From positions 1,462-65,461 of the forward strand of contig NJBQ01000002.1 of NCBI GenBank assembly GCA_005223095.1: a stretch of DNA of 64,000 bases, given 5' to 3'. Both the position numbers and the translations under genes were made by a program. The notes beneath the pieces are model-generated. The model ran no database searches and was not told the DNA's origin. It saw nothing but the letters and a program-made list of their open reading frames with translations. This document shows positions 53,542 to 62,533 of the stretch, one piece after another. Each line of letters begins with the position of its first letter. The first letter of the stretch is position 1. This DNA comes from Candidatus Aerophobetes bacterium Ae_b3a (GTDB lineage Bacteria > Aerophobota > Aerophobia > Aerophobales > AE-B3A).

Positions 53542-53570
53542 TTGACAAACACAAAACATTCGTATATACT
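53542..53570 (+). promoter_or_regulatory. vapBC promoter
   Basis: TTGACA 53542-53547, 17 nt, TATACT 53565-53570, then AAGGAGG and ATG at 53591. Confidence 0.6.
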
Positions 53571-53590
53571 GTGCCATAAGGAGGTGCGTT

Positions 53591-53797
53591 ATGAGGTCCA
53601 CTATAGACATAGATGAAAAGCTCCTTAAGGAAGCACAAAAAATAACAGGAGCCAAAACTAAGAAGGAGTTGGTTAATCTCTCACTGCGAGAACTGATAAG
53701 GAAAAAAAGAAAAGAACATCTAATCAGTCTTTTTGGAAGTCCAGTATTGAATATCAGTCTAGAGGATGTAAAAAAGCTGAGGAAAGATGAATTCTGA
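53591..53797 (+). CDS. vapB: VapB-family antitoxin (DUF2191-like)
   Basis: 68 aa. MRSTIDIDEKLLKEAQKITGAKTKKELVNLSLRELIR. Confidence 0.8.
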   Translation: MRSTIDIDEKLLKEAQKITGAKTKKELVNLSLRELIRKKRKEHLISLFGSPVLNISLEDVKKLRKDEF

Positions 53798-54185
53798 AAG
53801 GTGCTTGATAGATACTACCATTTGGGTTCTCTATTTTAAGGGAGAAAGGCAATTGGAAGATGAGATAAAATCACTGATTCTCAAAGAGAGGGCAGCAACT
53901 TGTGAAATTGTAATTTCAGAGGTTTTGCGAGGAGCAAGGTCGCAAAGGGAATATAGTCAATTGCAGGCTGATTTTGCAGCCCTTCCTGCCTTTAAAATAA
54001 CCAATATTATCTGGGAAAAAAGCTATAGGGTGGGATTTAAACTGAGAAGAACGGAAATTAATGTGCCCCTGGCTGACATCTTAATAGCTACAGTAGCCAG
54101 TCATTACAATTGCCTTTTGCTCCATCGAGACAAGCATTTTCCTCTTATGAAAGGGATAATGGGCCTAAGAGAAAGAGAGATGTAA
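53787..54185 (+). CDS. vapC: PIN-domain ribonuclease toxin VapC
   Basis: 132 aa. LIDTTIW (first acidic residue), EVLRG and DILIA. 11-nt overlap with vapB. Confidence 0.85.
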   Translation: MNSERCLIDTTIWVLYFKGERQLEDEIKSLILKERAATCEIVISEVLRGARSQREYSQLQADFAALPAFKITNIIWEKSYRVGFKLRRTEINVPLADILIATVASHYNCLLLHRDKHFPLMKGIMGLREREM

Positions 54186-54193
54186 GGTCGAGA

Positions 54194-55174
54194 ATGAAAG
54201 AGCAATCAACCATGGACGTAGTAGGATTGGGAGCTTTAAATATAGACATGGTCTATGAGGTAGATAATTTAGCCTCCTTAGAAATAGAGAGAGGAAGAGA
54301 AAAAACGGGAAGCCACCAGGAATTTAAGGGTCTTTGGAAGCTTTTGAAAAACAAAGGTAAGTTAAGAATGAAAAGTGGAGGAGGCTCAGCGGCTAATACC
54401 ATCTACGCCTTAGGTAGGATGGGATTTTCTTGTGGGTATCTGGGCAAGACAGGTAAAGATGAAGAAGGCGCTTTTTTACAGAAGGAATTAAAGGAAGCCG
54501 GGGTAGACACCCGTAAAATTAGACAAAACACAAGGAGTGGAATATGCCTTGTTTTACTGGATAAAAGTAAAGACAGAAGTATTATCATTCTTCCTAACGC
54601 TAATGACACCTTATCCTACTCAGAGCTTGATATTGATTATATTAATAAAGCTCAATTTTTGCATATGAGTTCCTTTGTAGGCAGGATACCTTTTGAGGCG
54701 CAAAAGCTAGTAGCCACAAAAACTAAGGTCAAAATAAGTTTCAATCCAGGAGAGCCTCATGCCACAAAAGGGATAAAAGAGCTTGCTCCCATTTTAGAAC
54801 ACTCATTTATTCTCTTTCTCTCTCAGAGAGAGGCAGAGATTTTAACCAATAAAGATTACAAAAAAGGAGTAAAGAAACTGCTCGGTTATGGAATGGAAAT
54901 TATTGCCTGCACCCTGGGGAAAAAAGGCTCCTATGTTTTATCCAGGGATAAAGAGCTAGAAGTTCCAGCAGACAAGTCAGAGGCAATAGATACCACTGGT
55001 GCAGGCGATGTCTATACAGCAGGATTTCTGGCCGGTCTTCTAAAAAAACTTCCTCTGTTTGAATGTGCCAGATTGGCTACCAAGGCAGCTGCCCAAAGCA
55101 TAAAAGGATATGGACGGAGCTTTTATCCAGATAGGCGTTTCCTGAATCGTATTTCGCGAATGGTGAATGGTTAA
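54194..55174 (+). CDS. PfkB-family carbohydrate kinase (ribokinase-like)
   Basis: The tracked ORF starts at 54110 inside vapC. I prefer ATG 54194 (or 54212, MDVVGLGALNIDMVY). GGGSAANT and DTTGAGD motifs. The last ~12 codons (RRFLNRISRMVNG*) are encoded by a REP-type repeat. Confidence 0.8.
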   Translation: MKEQSTMDVVGLGALNIDMVYEVDNLASLEIERGREKTGSHQEFKGLWKLLKNKGKLRMKSGGGSAANTIYALGRMGFSCGYLGKTGKDEEGAFLQKELKEAGVDTRKIRQNTRSGICLVLLDKSKDRSIIILPNANDTLSYSELDIDYINKAQFLHMSSFVGRIPFEAQKLVATKTKVKISFNPGEPHATKGIKELAPILEHSFILFLSQREAEILTNKDYKKGVKKLLGYGMEIIACTLGKKGSYVLSRDKELEVPADKSEAIDTTGAGDVYTAGFLAGLLKKLPLFECARLATKAAAQSIKGYGRSFYPDRRFLNRISRMVNG

Positions 55175-55237
55175 TCAAACCCCACAATCATTTACTTCCT
55201 TATTTGCGATTCACTATTCACTAACGACCATTCACTG
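55141..55237. repeat. GATTCAC/AATACGA-type dispersed repeat (reverse orientation)
   Basis: CCTGAATCGTATTTCGCGAATGGTGAATGG is the reverse complement of the 51975-52000 motif GATTCACCATTCAGGAAATACGATTCA. A second block is GCGATTCACTATTCACTAACGACCATTCACTG. Confidence 0.6.
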
Positions 55238-55289
55238 CTTTTAAGGAATGTCCTTCAGCAAGCATATAAAATTTCTATGATTCAAAAAA

Positions 55290-56159
55290 ATGAACATGGC
55301 AGATAAGACATATAAGATTGGTTGGTTTTCTACTGGAAGAGACGAAGCGGCAGGTCAGCTCCTGAAAGTAATCTATGATAATATCAAGAAAAAAAAATTA
55401 AGAAATCTTGCCATTAGTTTTGTTTTCAGCCATAGAATAAAAGGAGAAGAAAAAGAAAGTGACTGCTTTTTTCGCCTGGTAGAAAATTTGAGGATTAATC
55501 TAGTGACCCTCTCCTCACGAGAGTTTAAACCTGAGATGAGAAAGAAGGGCCTTAAATTAGCTGAGGAAGGAAATCCTGCCCTAATAAACCATTGGCGTAA
55601 TCTCTATCACTTACAAGTAACAAAGGTCATTGATGAATTTCGCATTGACCTAATTGTTCTGGCCGGTTATATGCTTATTGTAGGAAGAGACTTATGCCAT
55701 AATTATCCTATGATAAATCTTCATCCGGCTCTTCCTGGCGGTCCCAGAGGGACCTGGCAGGAGGTAATATGGGAGTTGATTAAACAAAAGGCTAAAGAAA
55801 GTGGGGTAATGATGCACCTGGTCACACCTCAACTTGACGCCGGACCTATTCTAACATACTGTAGTTTTTCCTTAAAGGGAGATAAGTTCGATCATCTGTG
55901 GAAAAAGATGAAAGAAAAACTGAAAAGAAAAATTCTGGAAAAAATCAAAGAAGAAGAGGGAGAAGAGGAACCCCTTTTTAGAAAGATCAGGGAAGAAGGA
56001 GTAAAACGGGAACTTCCCTTAATTGTCTATACTCTTAAGGCTATTTCAGAGGAAAAAATAAAATTCAAAGAAGGAAAAATTATATCAGAAGGACAAGAAA
56101 TGGATGGATACTGTCTAAATGAAGAGATGGAGAAAGAAATCAAGAATGAAACAGATTAA
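55290..56159 (+). CDS. Formyltransferase-fold protein (PurN-like core, divergent N-terminus, K/E-rich C-terminal extension)
   Basis: 289 aa. DLIVLAGYMLIV..MINLHPALPGGPRG (Asn-x-His) and VTPQLDAGPIL (Asp) match the PurN catalytic triad positions. The N-terminal loop is STGRDEAAG rather than the usual G.GSN. Confidence 0.65.
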   Translation: MNMADKTYKIGWFSTGRDEAAGQLLKVIYDNIKKKKLRNLAISFVFSHRIKGEEKESDCFFRLVENLRINLVTLSSREFKPEMRKKGLKLAEEGNPALINHWRNLYHLQVTKVIDEFRIDLIVLAGYMLIVGRDLCHNYPMINLHPALPGGPRGTWQEVIWELIKQKAKESGVMMHLVTPQLDAGPILTYCSFSLKGDKFDHLWKKMKEKLKRKILEKIKEEEGEEEPLFRKIREEGVKRELPLIVYTLKAISEEKIKFKEGKIISEGQEMDGYCLNEEMEKEIKNETD

Positions 56160-57195
56160 TCTGGATTGTGAAGGTCCCATAACCAAAAACGACAATGCCC
56201 TGGAAATCTCAGGCTATTTTCTACCTGAGGGAGAAAAATTCTTTTCCCTTCTCAGCAGATATGATGATTTTCTGACTGATATTATCAAGAAAAAAGGATA
56301 TAGGGCTGGAACAACCCTGGCTTTCATCCTTCCTTTCTTAAAAGCCTACGGGGCTAGCAATAAAATAATAAAGGAATATTCCCGAAATCACCTTCTCTTC
56401 ATTCCGGGAGCGAAAAGAACACTTTCCTGTCTGAAAGAAAAGATGCCTACTTTTATTATCAGCACAAGCTATCAACCTTACATAGAGGCATTATGTGATG
56501 CGACAGGCTTCCCAGAAAAGAATACATACTCTACAGCTTTGGATCTAGACAAATATCAGATTCCTGAGGAGGAGATAAAACGATTAAAGAAAATTCTTCA
56601 GGAAATCATAGCTTTACCTTCTCTTAATCTTTCAGGAGTGAAGAAAAAGGAAGATTTATCCCTAAAGATGCAAAAAACGGTACAGCAATTAAATGAGATT
56701 TTTCAAAAAGAGATTCCCTCTATGGAAGGTGGCAGAATATTAAAGGAAGTCAGTCCTCTGGGAGGGAAAGAAAAAGCAAAAGCTGTACTTGCCTCGCTTC
56801 AGAGAACAGGGGGGAAACTGAGTGATGTGATGTATGTAGGAGACAGCATCACTGATGTGGAAGCTCTAAGTCTAGTCAAGGAAGGAGGCCTGGCTATTTC
56901 TTTCAACGGCAATGCCTACGCTTTGAGAGCAGCAGAGATAGCCTGCATTTCCCCTCATACCTTTCTCCTGGAAATTTTAGCGGAAGTCTTTTGTCGAGAA
57001 GGTAAGAAAGGAGTTTTTAATCTGGTAAAAAAATGGCCTAACACTTTAGAAAGGAAAATAAAGGAAAAGATTCTTACTTTTAAACCCTCCCCTCAGCTAG
57101 AGATAACAAAAGAGAGCAATTTGACAGATTTGATTAAAAAAAGTGAGAAAATGCGAAAAGAATTGAGAGGAGAAATAGTAGGAAAACTAGGATAA
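56146..57195 (+). CDS. HAD-like fold protein with non-canonical motif I (DCEGP)
   Basis: Start taken at MKQINLDCEGPITKND (56146; the tracked ORF starts at 56119). C-terminal YVGDSITDVEAL resembles HAD motif IV. Motif I is D-C-E-G-P instead of DxDxT. Large cap insertion. Confidence 0.55.
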   Translation: MKQINLDCEGPITKNDNALEISGYFLPEGEKFFSLLSRYDDFLTDIIKKKGYRAGTTLAFILPFLKAYGASNKIIKEYSRNHLLFIPGAKRTLSCLKEKMPTFIISTSYQPYIEALCDATGFPEKNTYSTALDLDKYQIPEEEIKRLKKILQEIIALPSLNLSGVKKKEDLSLKMQKTVQQLNEIFQKEIPSMEGGRILKEVSPLGGKEKAKAVLASLQRTGGKLSDVMYVGDSITDVEALSLVKEGGLAISFNGNAYALRAAEIACISPHTFLLEILAEVFCREGKKGVFNLVKKWPNTLERKIKEKILTFKPSPQLEITKESNLTDLIKKSEKMRKELRGEIVGKLG

Positions 57196-59052
57196 CTTTT
57201 TTTCTTCTTTTTCCCACTTTTTATAGAGAAGCTCCAGTTTTTTTGAAATCTCTCCATATTTTCTGGTTAATTCATTCACTTTATCTGGATGGCGATATAC
57301 TTCAACATCTGCCAGTTTCTTAGTTACTCTTTCCCTCTCTTCTTCCAGGAGAGCAATTTCAGCCTCGATATCTGCAAAGTTATTCAGGGAAAAGGTATTT
57401 TTCCGGGATTTCTTTATACTCTTTTTTTGCTGAACTATTTTTGTGGATTTTATCTCTCCCTTTCTTTTCTCCAAGAAATAGGAATAGTTACCCCAATATA
57501 GCTTAACCTGGTCATTTCTGCCGAAATAAAGAATTCTACCCACTATTTTATCAAGAAAATATCTGTCGTGAGAAACAGCCAAAATAGTCCCATCATACTT
57601 GCCAAGAGCTTCTTCCAAAATACCTCTTGATTTTAAATCCAGGTGATTGGTAGGCTCATCCAGAATGAGAAAATTTACCTTGGCCAGTATCAGTTTTCCT
57701 AAAAGCACCCTTGCCTGTTCACCGCCACTCAAATCCTTTACAGGAACAAGCACATCTTTCCCGCTAAAGAGAAATCCACCCAGAAACGAACGTAACTCTT
57801 CATCTTTTACTTTAGGATATATGGACGACATCTCTTCCATAATAGAATTTTCAGGATTAAGCTCGGCTAAGTGTTGGTCATAATACCCGAGCTTGATGTT
57901 CCTGCCTATCTTTACTTCACCCTCATCAGCCTTTTCCTTTCCTATGATTATTCTTAGAAAGGTAGTTTTCCCTGTGCCGTTAGGTCCAATAATGCCCAAT
58001 CGGTCACCTCTCTGAAGTTGAAAACTCAAATTTTTAAAGAGGAAAAGTTCCTGCAAGGACTTGCCAAGGGACCTTACCTGGAGTACTTCATTCCCGCCCC
58101 TTAACTGAGAAGAAAATTTGATTTTTATCTCTTCTTCTCTCTGCGGTCTGGAAATTATCTTAATCTTTTCCAACATCTTTCTTCGACTCTGAGCCTGTTT
58201 TGTCTTTTGTCCAACAATATTTCTTCTGATGAATTCCTCTTGCCGTCTTATCTCTTTTTGCTGCAGCCTATGCCTTCTTCCCTGCCTGATGATTTCCTCT
58301 TCTTTCTCTCTTAGGTAATGGGTATAATTTCCCCGATAACATCTTAACTTTCCTCTTTCCATTTCCCATATTTTCCCTACAACTCTATCCAAGAAATATC
58401 TATCGTGAGAAACAAGTAATAGTGCCCCCTGGTAATTGACAAGGTAGTTTTCCAACCACTCAGTAGCCTCTACATCAAGATGATTAGTTGGCTCATCCAA
58501 TAACAGAAGGTCTGGTTCTCTCAAGAGTAGTTTTGCATAAGCAAGACGGCTTTTTTCTCCTCCGCTGAGATGCTCTACTTGTTTCTCAAAATCACTTTTT
58601 TGGAAACCAAATCCGCTGAGAACAGCTTTGAGTCGAACTTCACAGTTATACCCATCTTTCTTTTCTATTTCTTCCTCAACTTTTCCATACTCCTCCATAA
58701 TCTGACTCAGATTATCTTTCTCCCTATTCATCATTTCAGCCAAGCTGTGCATTTTTTCCCGCAGAAGGGAAATTTCATAAAACACTTCCATTCCTTCCTG
58801 ATAAACAGTCCTTTTCAAAATAAGATTTGCTTCCTGGACTAGATAACCAATCCTCAAATTTTTTCTTTTCTCAACTCCCCCTTCTTCGGGCCGAATCTCT
58901 CCTGAAATAATTTCTAAAAGGGTTGTCTTTCCCACTCCATTAGCACCAATAAGCCCAATTTTTTCCCCTTCATTAAGCTGAAAAGAACTCCTTTCTATAA
59001 TGAGTTTATCTCCGTAAGACTTAGAGATATTTTTCCCCCTTACTAATGACAT
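57187..59052 (-). CDS. ABC-F family ATPase (two ABC domains, no TMD)
   Basis: 621 aa. GANGVGKTT and GPNGTGKTT Walker A, two LSGGE signatures, charged inter-domain linker and a coiled-coil C-terminus. Confidence 0.92.
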   Translation of the reverse strand: MSLVRGKNISKSYGDKLIIERSSFQLNEGEKIGLIGANGVGKTTLLEIISGEIRPEEGGVEKRKNLRIGYLVQEANLILKRTVYQEGMEVFYEISLLREKMHSLAEMMNREKDNLSQIMEEYGKVEEEIEKKDGYNCEVRLKAVLSGFGFQKSDFEKQVEHLSGGEKSRLAYAKLLLREPDLLLLDEPTNHLDVEATEWLENYLVNYQGALLLVSHDRYFLDRVVGKIWEMERGKLRCYRGNYTHYLREKEEEIIRQGRRHRLQQKEIRRQEEFIRRNIVGQKTKQAQSRRKMLEKIKIISRPQREEEIKIKFSSQLRGGNEVLQVRSLGKSLQELFLFKNLSFQLQRGDRLGIIGPNGTGKTTFLRIIIGKEKADEGEVKIGRNIKLGYYDQHLAELNPENSIMEEMSSIYPKVKDEELRSFLGGFLFSGKDVLVPVKDLSGGEQARVLLGKLILAKVNFLILDEPTNHLDLKSRGILEEALGKYDGTILAVSHDRYFLDKIVGRILYFGRNDQVKLYWGNYSYFLEKRKGEIKSTKIVQQKKSIKKSRKNTFSLNNFADIEAEIALLEEERERVTKKLADVEVYRHPDKVNELTRKYGEISKKLELLYKKWEKEEKKLS

Positions 59053-59060
59053 AAGTTCTT

Positions 59061-59111
59061 CCCCTCACCTTAGTCCTCTCCCCCAAAGGGAGAGGAAATA
59101 CGAGCGACGAA
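59061..59111. repeat. REP-like element (CCCCTCACC..CCTCTCCC-CCAAA-GGGAGAGG-AAATACGAGCGACGAA)
   Basis: Perfect 8-bp stem at 59075-59082 / 59088-59095. Same family as 7349-7415 and 51841-51875. Confidence 0.75.
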
Positions 59112-59113
59112 TT

Positions 59114-59866
59114 TTAATATCCGGTTGGAAGGTTCAAGAATTCTGCTTTTAAACTAAATTTATGGGCAAGGTGTTTCCCCACTGCTTTTACTCCGAAAGT
59201 CTCACTCAGATAATGTCCAATAAAGATAACATTAACCTTTTCTTCTTTGGCCATCCAGTAGTAGCTATGTGCTGGCTCGCCGGTAATATAGGTATCCAGA
59301 CCCTCTTCAACAACTTGAGGAAGAAACTGGATTGCTCCTCCAGCTATATAGCCCATTCGTTTGACTTTTTCAGGACCAAAATCCCAGACAATGGGTTTTG
59401 CCTTCAATTTACCCCTTAAATCATTTACTATCTCTTCTAATTTACGACAAGGGTCAAAAAATATTTCTTTACCGAAAAAAAGACCGTTATCTTCTCCAAA
59501 ATCTCCCTTAATAGGCCAGTTAAGTGATCCAACCGCCTGCACATTATTACCCAGTTCGGGATGTGAATCTAAGGGAAGGTGAGCCACATAAAGAGCTATA
59601 TTCTTGTCCAGAAGCAACCTCATCCTTTCATAAGTCCAGCCGGATATAGGAAAAGGCTTACCCCACCAGAGTCCATGGTGAACGAAAAGAAAATCTGCTC
59701 CTATCCTTCCTGCTTCTTTAAAAGCGTCTAATGAGGCATCTACTGCTAAGGCTATCTTATTCACTTCGCCTTTATTGTCCACTACCAAACCATTAAGAGA
59801 TTTATCCTCAATTTCCTTGATTTTTAGTATCTCATCCAAATAATCGGCTAATTCTCTGGTCTTCAT
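59114..59866 (-). CDS. Nif3-like dinuclear metal centre protein (GTP cyclohydrolase 1 type 2 homologue)
   Basis: 250 aa. LFVHHGLWWG, AHLPLD and GHYLSE motifs. Confidence 0.88.
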   Translation of the reverse strand: MKTRELADYLDEILKIKEIEDKSLNGLVVDNKGEVNKIALAVDASLDAFKEAGRIGADFLFVHHGLWWGKPFPISGWTYERMRLLLDKNIALYVAHLPLDSHPELGNNVQAVGSLNWPIKGDFGEDNGLFFGKEIFFDPCRKLEEIVNDLRGKLKAKPIVWDFGPEKVKRMGYIAGGAIQFLPQVVEEGLDTYITGEPAHSYYWMAKEEKVNVIFIGHYLSETFGVKAVGKHLAHKFSLKAEFLNLPTGY

Positions 59867-60065
59867 TGGTTATCCTCCTTAATTTATCCCTAAGACTGTA
59901 CCTTATTCTTATTTGTCTGCTATTCGAATTTTCCCCTCGCTTTGATGCTCCAAATTAATTCAACTATTCCATCTTCTCCAGGTCAATTAACAAGGCTGGC
60001 GTACTAATTGTGTGCTTTTCTGCTCCGATGATAGATCTATCCATTTTTTCCCTTTCTTCTAGATC

Positions 60066-61925
60066 CTAGGGTCCCTTCACCTGAACCAATGCTTCAGCAA
60101 CTGGACCTTGAGAAACACCATCAATATGAATTTCTGCGGTGACTAATTGACGGAAGATCCCATTTGCAGGGTTTGTAGGAGCTTTTATAGTCATTATAAT
60201 CTCTCCAGAGGATCCGGAAGAAAGGCGGATCCTACCAGATCCTTTAACAATTTTCCACTCCTTCGGTGCTAGAAGCTCGGCTCTAAATTCCCTGGCCTTA
60301 CCAAAGTTATTTCTTACAAGCAAAGTAAATTCCTGTTCTTTTCCAGACTTTACAACAGATTGATAAGGTAAGAGTCTTGCCCAGAAAAGGTCACTATATT
60401 GTTCTGCTGGTTTGGGAGATAATTCTCGAAACAGAGTCTCCTTCTGGTCTATGTAATCAGAGTGTTCTTCGGCCTTTAGCTTGTCGAAATAAAATGGCTC
60501 AGTATGTCCAGGACAAATTCGCTCAGGTAAGACTTTATTCATAACCTCTTTACATTTCTTATGCATAGAGAGCTGGAAACTATTACGAAAAACCTGCGTT
60601 TGTATGGGGTTTGTTTCTGTATGGCTGCCCCAGGTGGCTACTGGGTGCTCAAAAATATTGTCTCCGGTAAAAGCCACCTTGGTATCATCAATGGTAGCAG
60701 CGATTACTGAATGAAATTCAGTTTGCCCCGGAACATGATAAATCCTAAATCTATACTCTTCCCAGGTGAACTCTTCTCCATCTGAGAATCGTCTATCAAT
60801 ACGAATAGGTTCATGGTAACAGCAAGGAGTAGAACTCCAGCGGGCTGGGTTCTCTAAAACAGAAGCCATTTGTTTTATGGTCCAGCATTCAACGGCAAGA
60901 TGTTTTTGTAGATAGGGAATACCACAGGTGTGGTCATCATGGATATGGCTGGGAATGACTGCGTCAATCTTTTTTATACCATATTCAGTAAAAAGCTCTT
61001 CTAGATGATGAGCAATAAAGCGCATAACCTCCTGGTCTTCTCGATCCCACCCTATGTGCATATGTTCTCCAAAGGCATGACCATAATCAATAAATAAGGC
61101 TTTGCCCGAATCACTCTTAATCACATAGAAGTTGCTGCAGGTGAGCGCTCCTCCCCAGAGTAGATGATTGGAAATAGAATAGAGATGCTCATTTAAGCAT
61201 TCCTCTTTCTCTGGACAGGTAAGTCTTACCAGGCGACGGATACGATGTTTCAATTGTTTAATACACAAACCTGGTTTCTCTATTATAGACCCATGGGAGG
61301 GAAGGCAAAGATCGGGTGCCTTGAAAGCAAGTTTTCTGATTGATTGATGGGTAAAGAGTAAACCTACCATGTCACCATAGGAATACTCCATGGCGTGAAG
61401 CTGATAAAGCTTGCCCCCTTCATAGATGAGATCTCCAGTAAAGGCAATCTTTTTTCCATCAATCTCGGCTATTAAGGCTATAGATCCCATGGTGTGTCCT
61501 TTGGCTGGCAGAATCTCTAGCTTGTAATTATGCCAGGTGAATATCTCATAATCTTGCAGGACAGCCTTAACTGGAATGTTCTTACCTATACTAAAGAAGG
61601 TATTGCGGTCATTATAGTTATCGTAGATCCTTCGATGATTCCAGAATTCCTCTACCTCTTCAAAGAGATACCGCTCGTATTCGGGTACGGCAATTCCCGC
61701 TCCTTTTTCAATGAGTTTATAATCTCCCCAACACTGGTCACGATGATGGTGAGTATGAACTACCCAATCAATGCGTGAGATTCCTATTTGATCCAAGTAA
61801 TCTAAGACTTTACCCGAGCCAGCATCAATAAGTATTCCTCGATCTCCATCTTTAATGATATAGACATTGCAAGTATCAAAAAACTTATACAGGTGTTCGG
61901 TAATTCTGGTAAAATTGTCAGCCAT
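60066..61925 (-). CDS. Tandem metallo-beta-lactamase-fold protein with C-terminal beta-sandwich-like domain
   Basis: Start moved to ATG 61925 (GGAGG 6 nt upstream). First MBL motif HTHHHRDQ, second HIHDDH. The last ~100 aa (EFTLLVRNNFGKAREFRAELLAPKEWKIV..IIMTIKAPTN) look like an Ig/NEW3-type sandwich. Confidence 0.8.
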   Translation of the reverse strand: MADNFTRITEHLYKFFDTCNVYIIKDGDRGILIDAGSGKVLDYLDQIGISRIDWVVHTHHHRDQCWGDYKLIEKGAGIAVPEYERYLFEEVEEFWNHRRIYDNYNDRNTFFSIGKNIPVKAVLQDYEIFTWHNYKLEILPAKGHTMGSIALIAEIDGKKIAFTGDLIYEGGKLYQLHAMEYSYGDMVGLLFTHQSIRKLAFKAPDLCLPSHGSIIEKPGLCIKQLKHRIRRLVRLTCPEKEECLNEHLYSISNHLLWGGALTCSNFYVIKSDSGKALFIDYGHAFGEHMHIGWDREDQEVMRFIAHHLEELFTEYGIKKIDAVIPSHIHDDHTCGIPYLQKHLAVECWTIKQMASVLENPARWSSTPCCYHEPIRIDRRFSDGEEFTWEEYRFRIYHVPGQTEFHSVIAATIDDTKVAFTGDNIFEHPVATWGSHTETNPIQTQVFRNSFQLSMHKKCKEVMNKVLPERICPGHTEPFYFDKLKAEEHSDYIDQKETLFRELSPKPAEQYSDLFWARLLPYQSVVKSGKEQEFTLLVRNNFGKAREFRAELLAPKEWKIVKGSGRIRLSSGSSGEIIMTIKAPTNPANGIFRQLVTAEIHIDGVSQGPVAEALVQVKGP

Positions 61926-62003
61926 AGTGTGCCTCCTCATTTATTCTTATCAATGATTGCTATAAATAGTTGTTAGCCGGAGGAATCCTCAAATTTTGTA
62001 TTG

Positions 62004-62435
62004 TTACAGTGGATATCCTTCCGCTTTCCATTGAATAACCCCGCCCAACATGTTGTAAACCTCTCTGAAAGCAAGTTCTTTCATTATGCTCAAAGCCTTT
62101 CCGCTGCGGTTCCCACTTCCGCAATAAATAAGGTATGTTTTTTCCTTATCAAGCTTATTAAGTTCGTCTCGGAATTTCTCAGAATAATAATCCAGATTTA
62201 GCGCGTTTTCTATGTGCTCATTGGCAAATTCTTCCGGAGTTCGAACATCAATAATTATGAAACCCTGATTATCTTTGTTCTTTCCTATTAAATCATATAC
62301 TTCTTTTACGCTGATATCTTTAATTACCTGGATGGCTGTTATTCTCTCTGCACATCCGCCTAGCAACGCAACTCCAATCACCAATATCCCTGAGAGTACC
62401 AGGGTCTCTAATTTCTTTGAGCAAATTTTCATCAT
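62004..62435 (-). CDS. Rhodanese-domain sulfurtransferase, predicted lipoprotein
   Basis: 143 aa. Signal peptide with LLGGC lipobox-like cleavage site. Active-site loop CGSGNRS. Confidence 0.8.
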   Translation of the reverse strand: MMKICSKKLETLVLSGILVIGVALLGGCAERITAIQVIKDISVKEVYDLIGKNKDNQGFIIIDVRTPEEFANEHIENALNLDYYSEKFRDELNKLDKEKTYLIYCGSGNRSGKALSIMKELAFREVYNMLGGVIQWKAEGYPL

Positions 62436-62533
62436 AACAACATCACCTCCTTTAAGATATTTTAGAAGGTCTGAAATCCAGACGCTGTTTGCTATTCAAC
62501 ACCACCTTATATATTAAGTCTATTACATAGAAA

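Noticed and set aside
54110-54193. Upstream extension of the PfkB kinase ORF to 54110
   Set aside because: The extension overlaps the 3' end of vapC in another frame and encodes no kinase-like sequence. The conserved N-terminus (VVGLGALNIDMVY) follows ATG 54194 / 54212.
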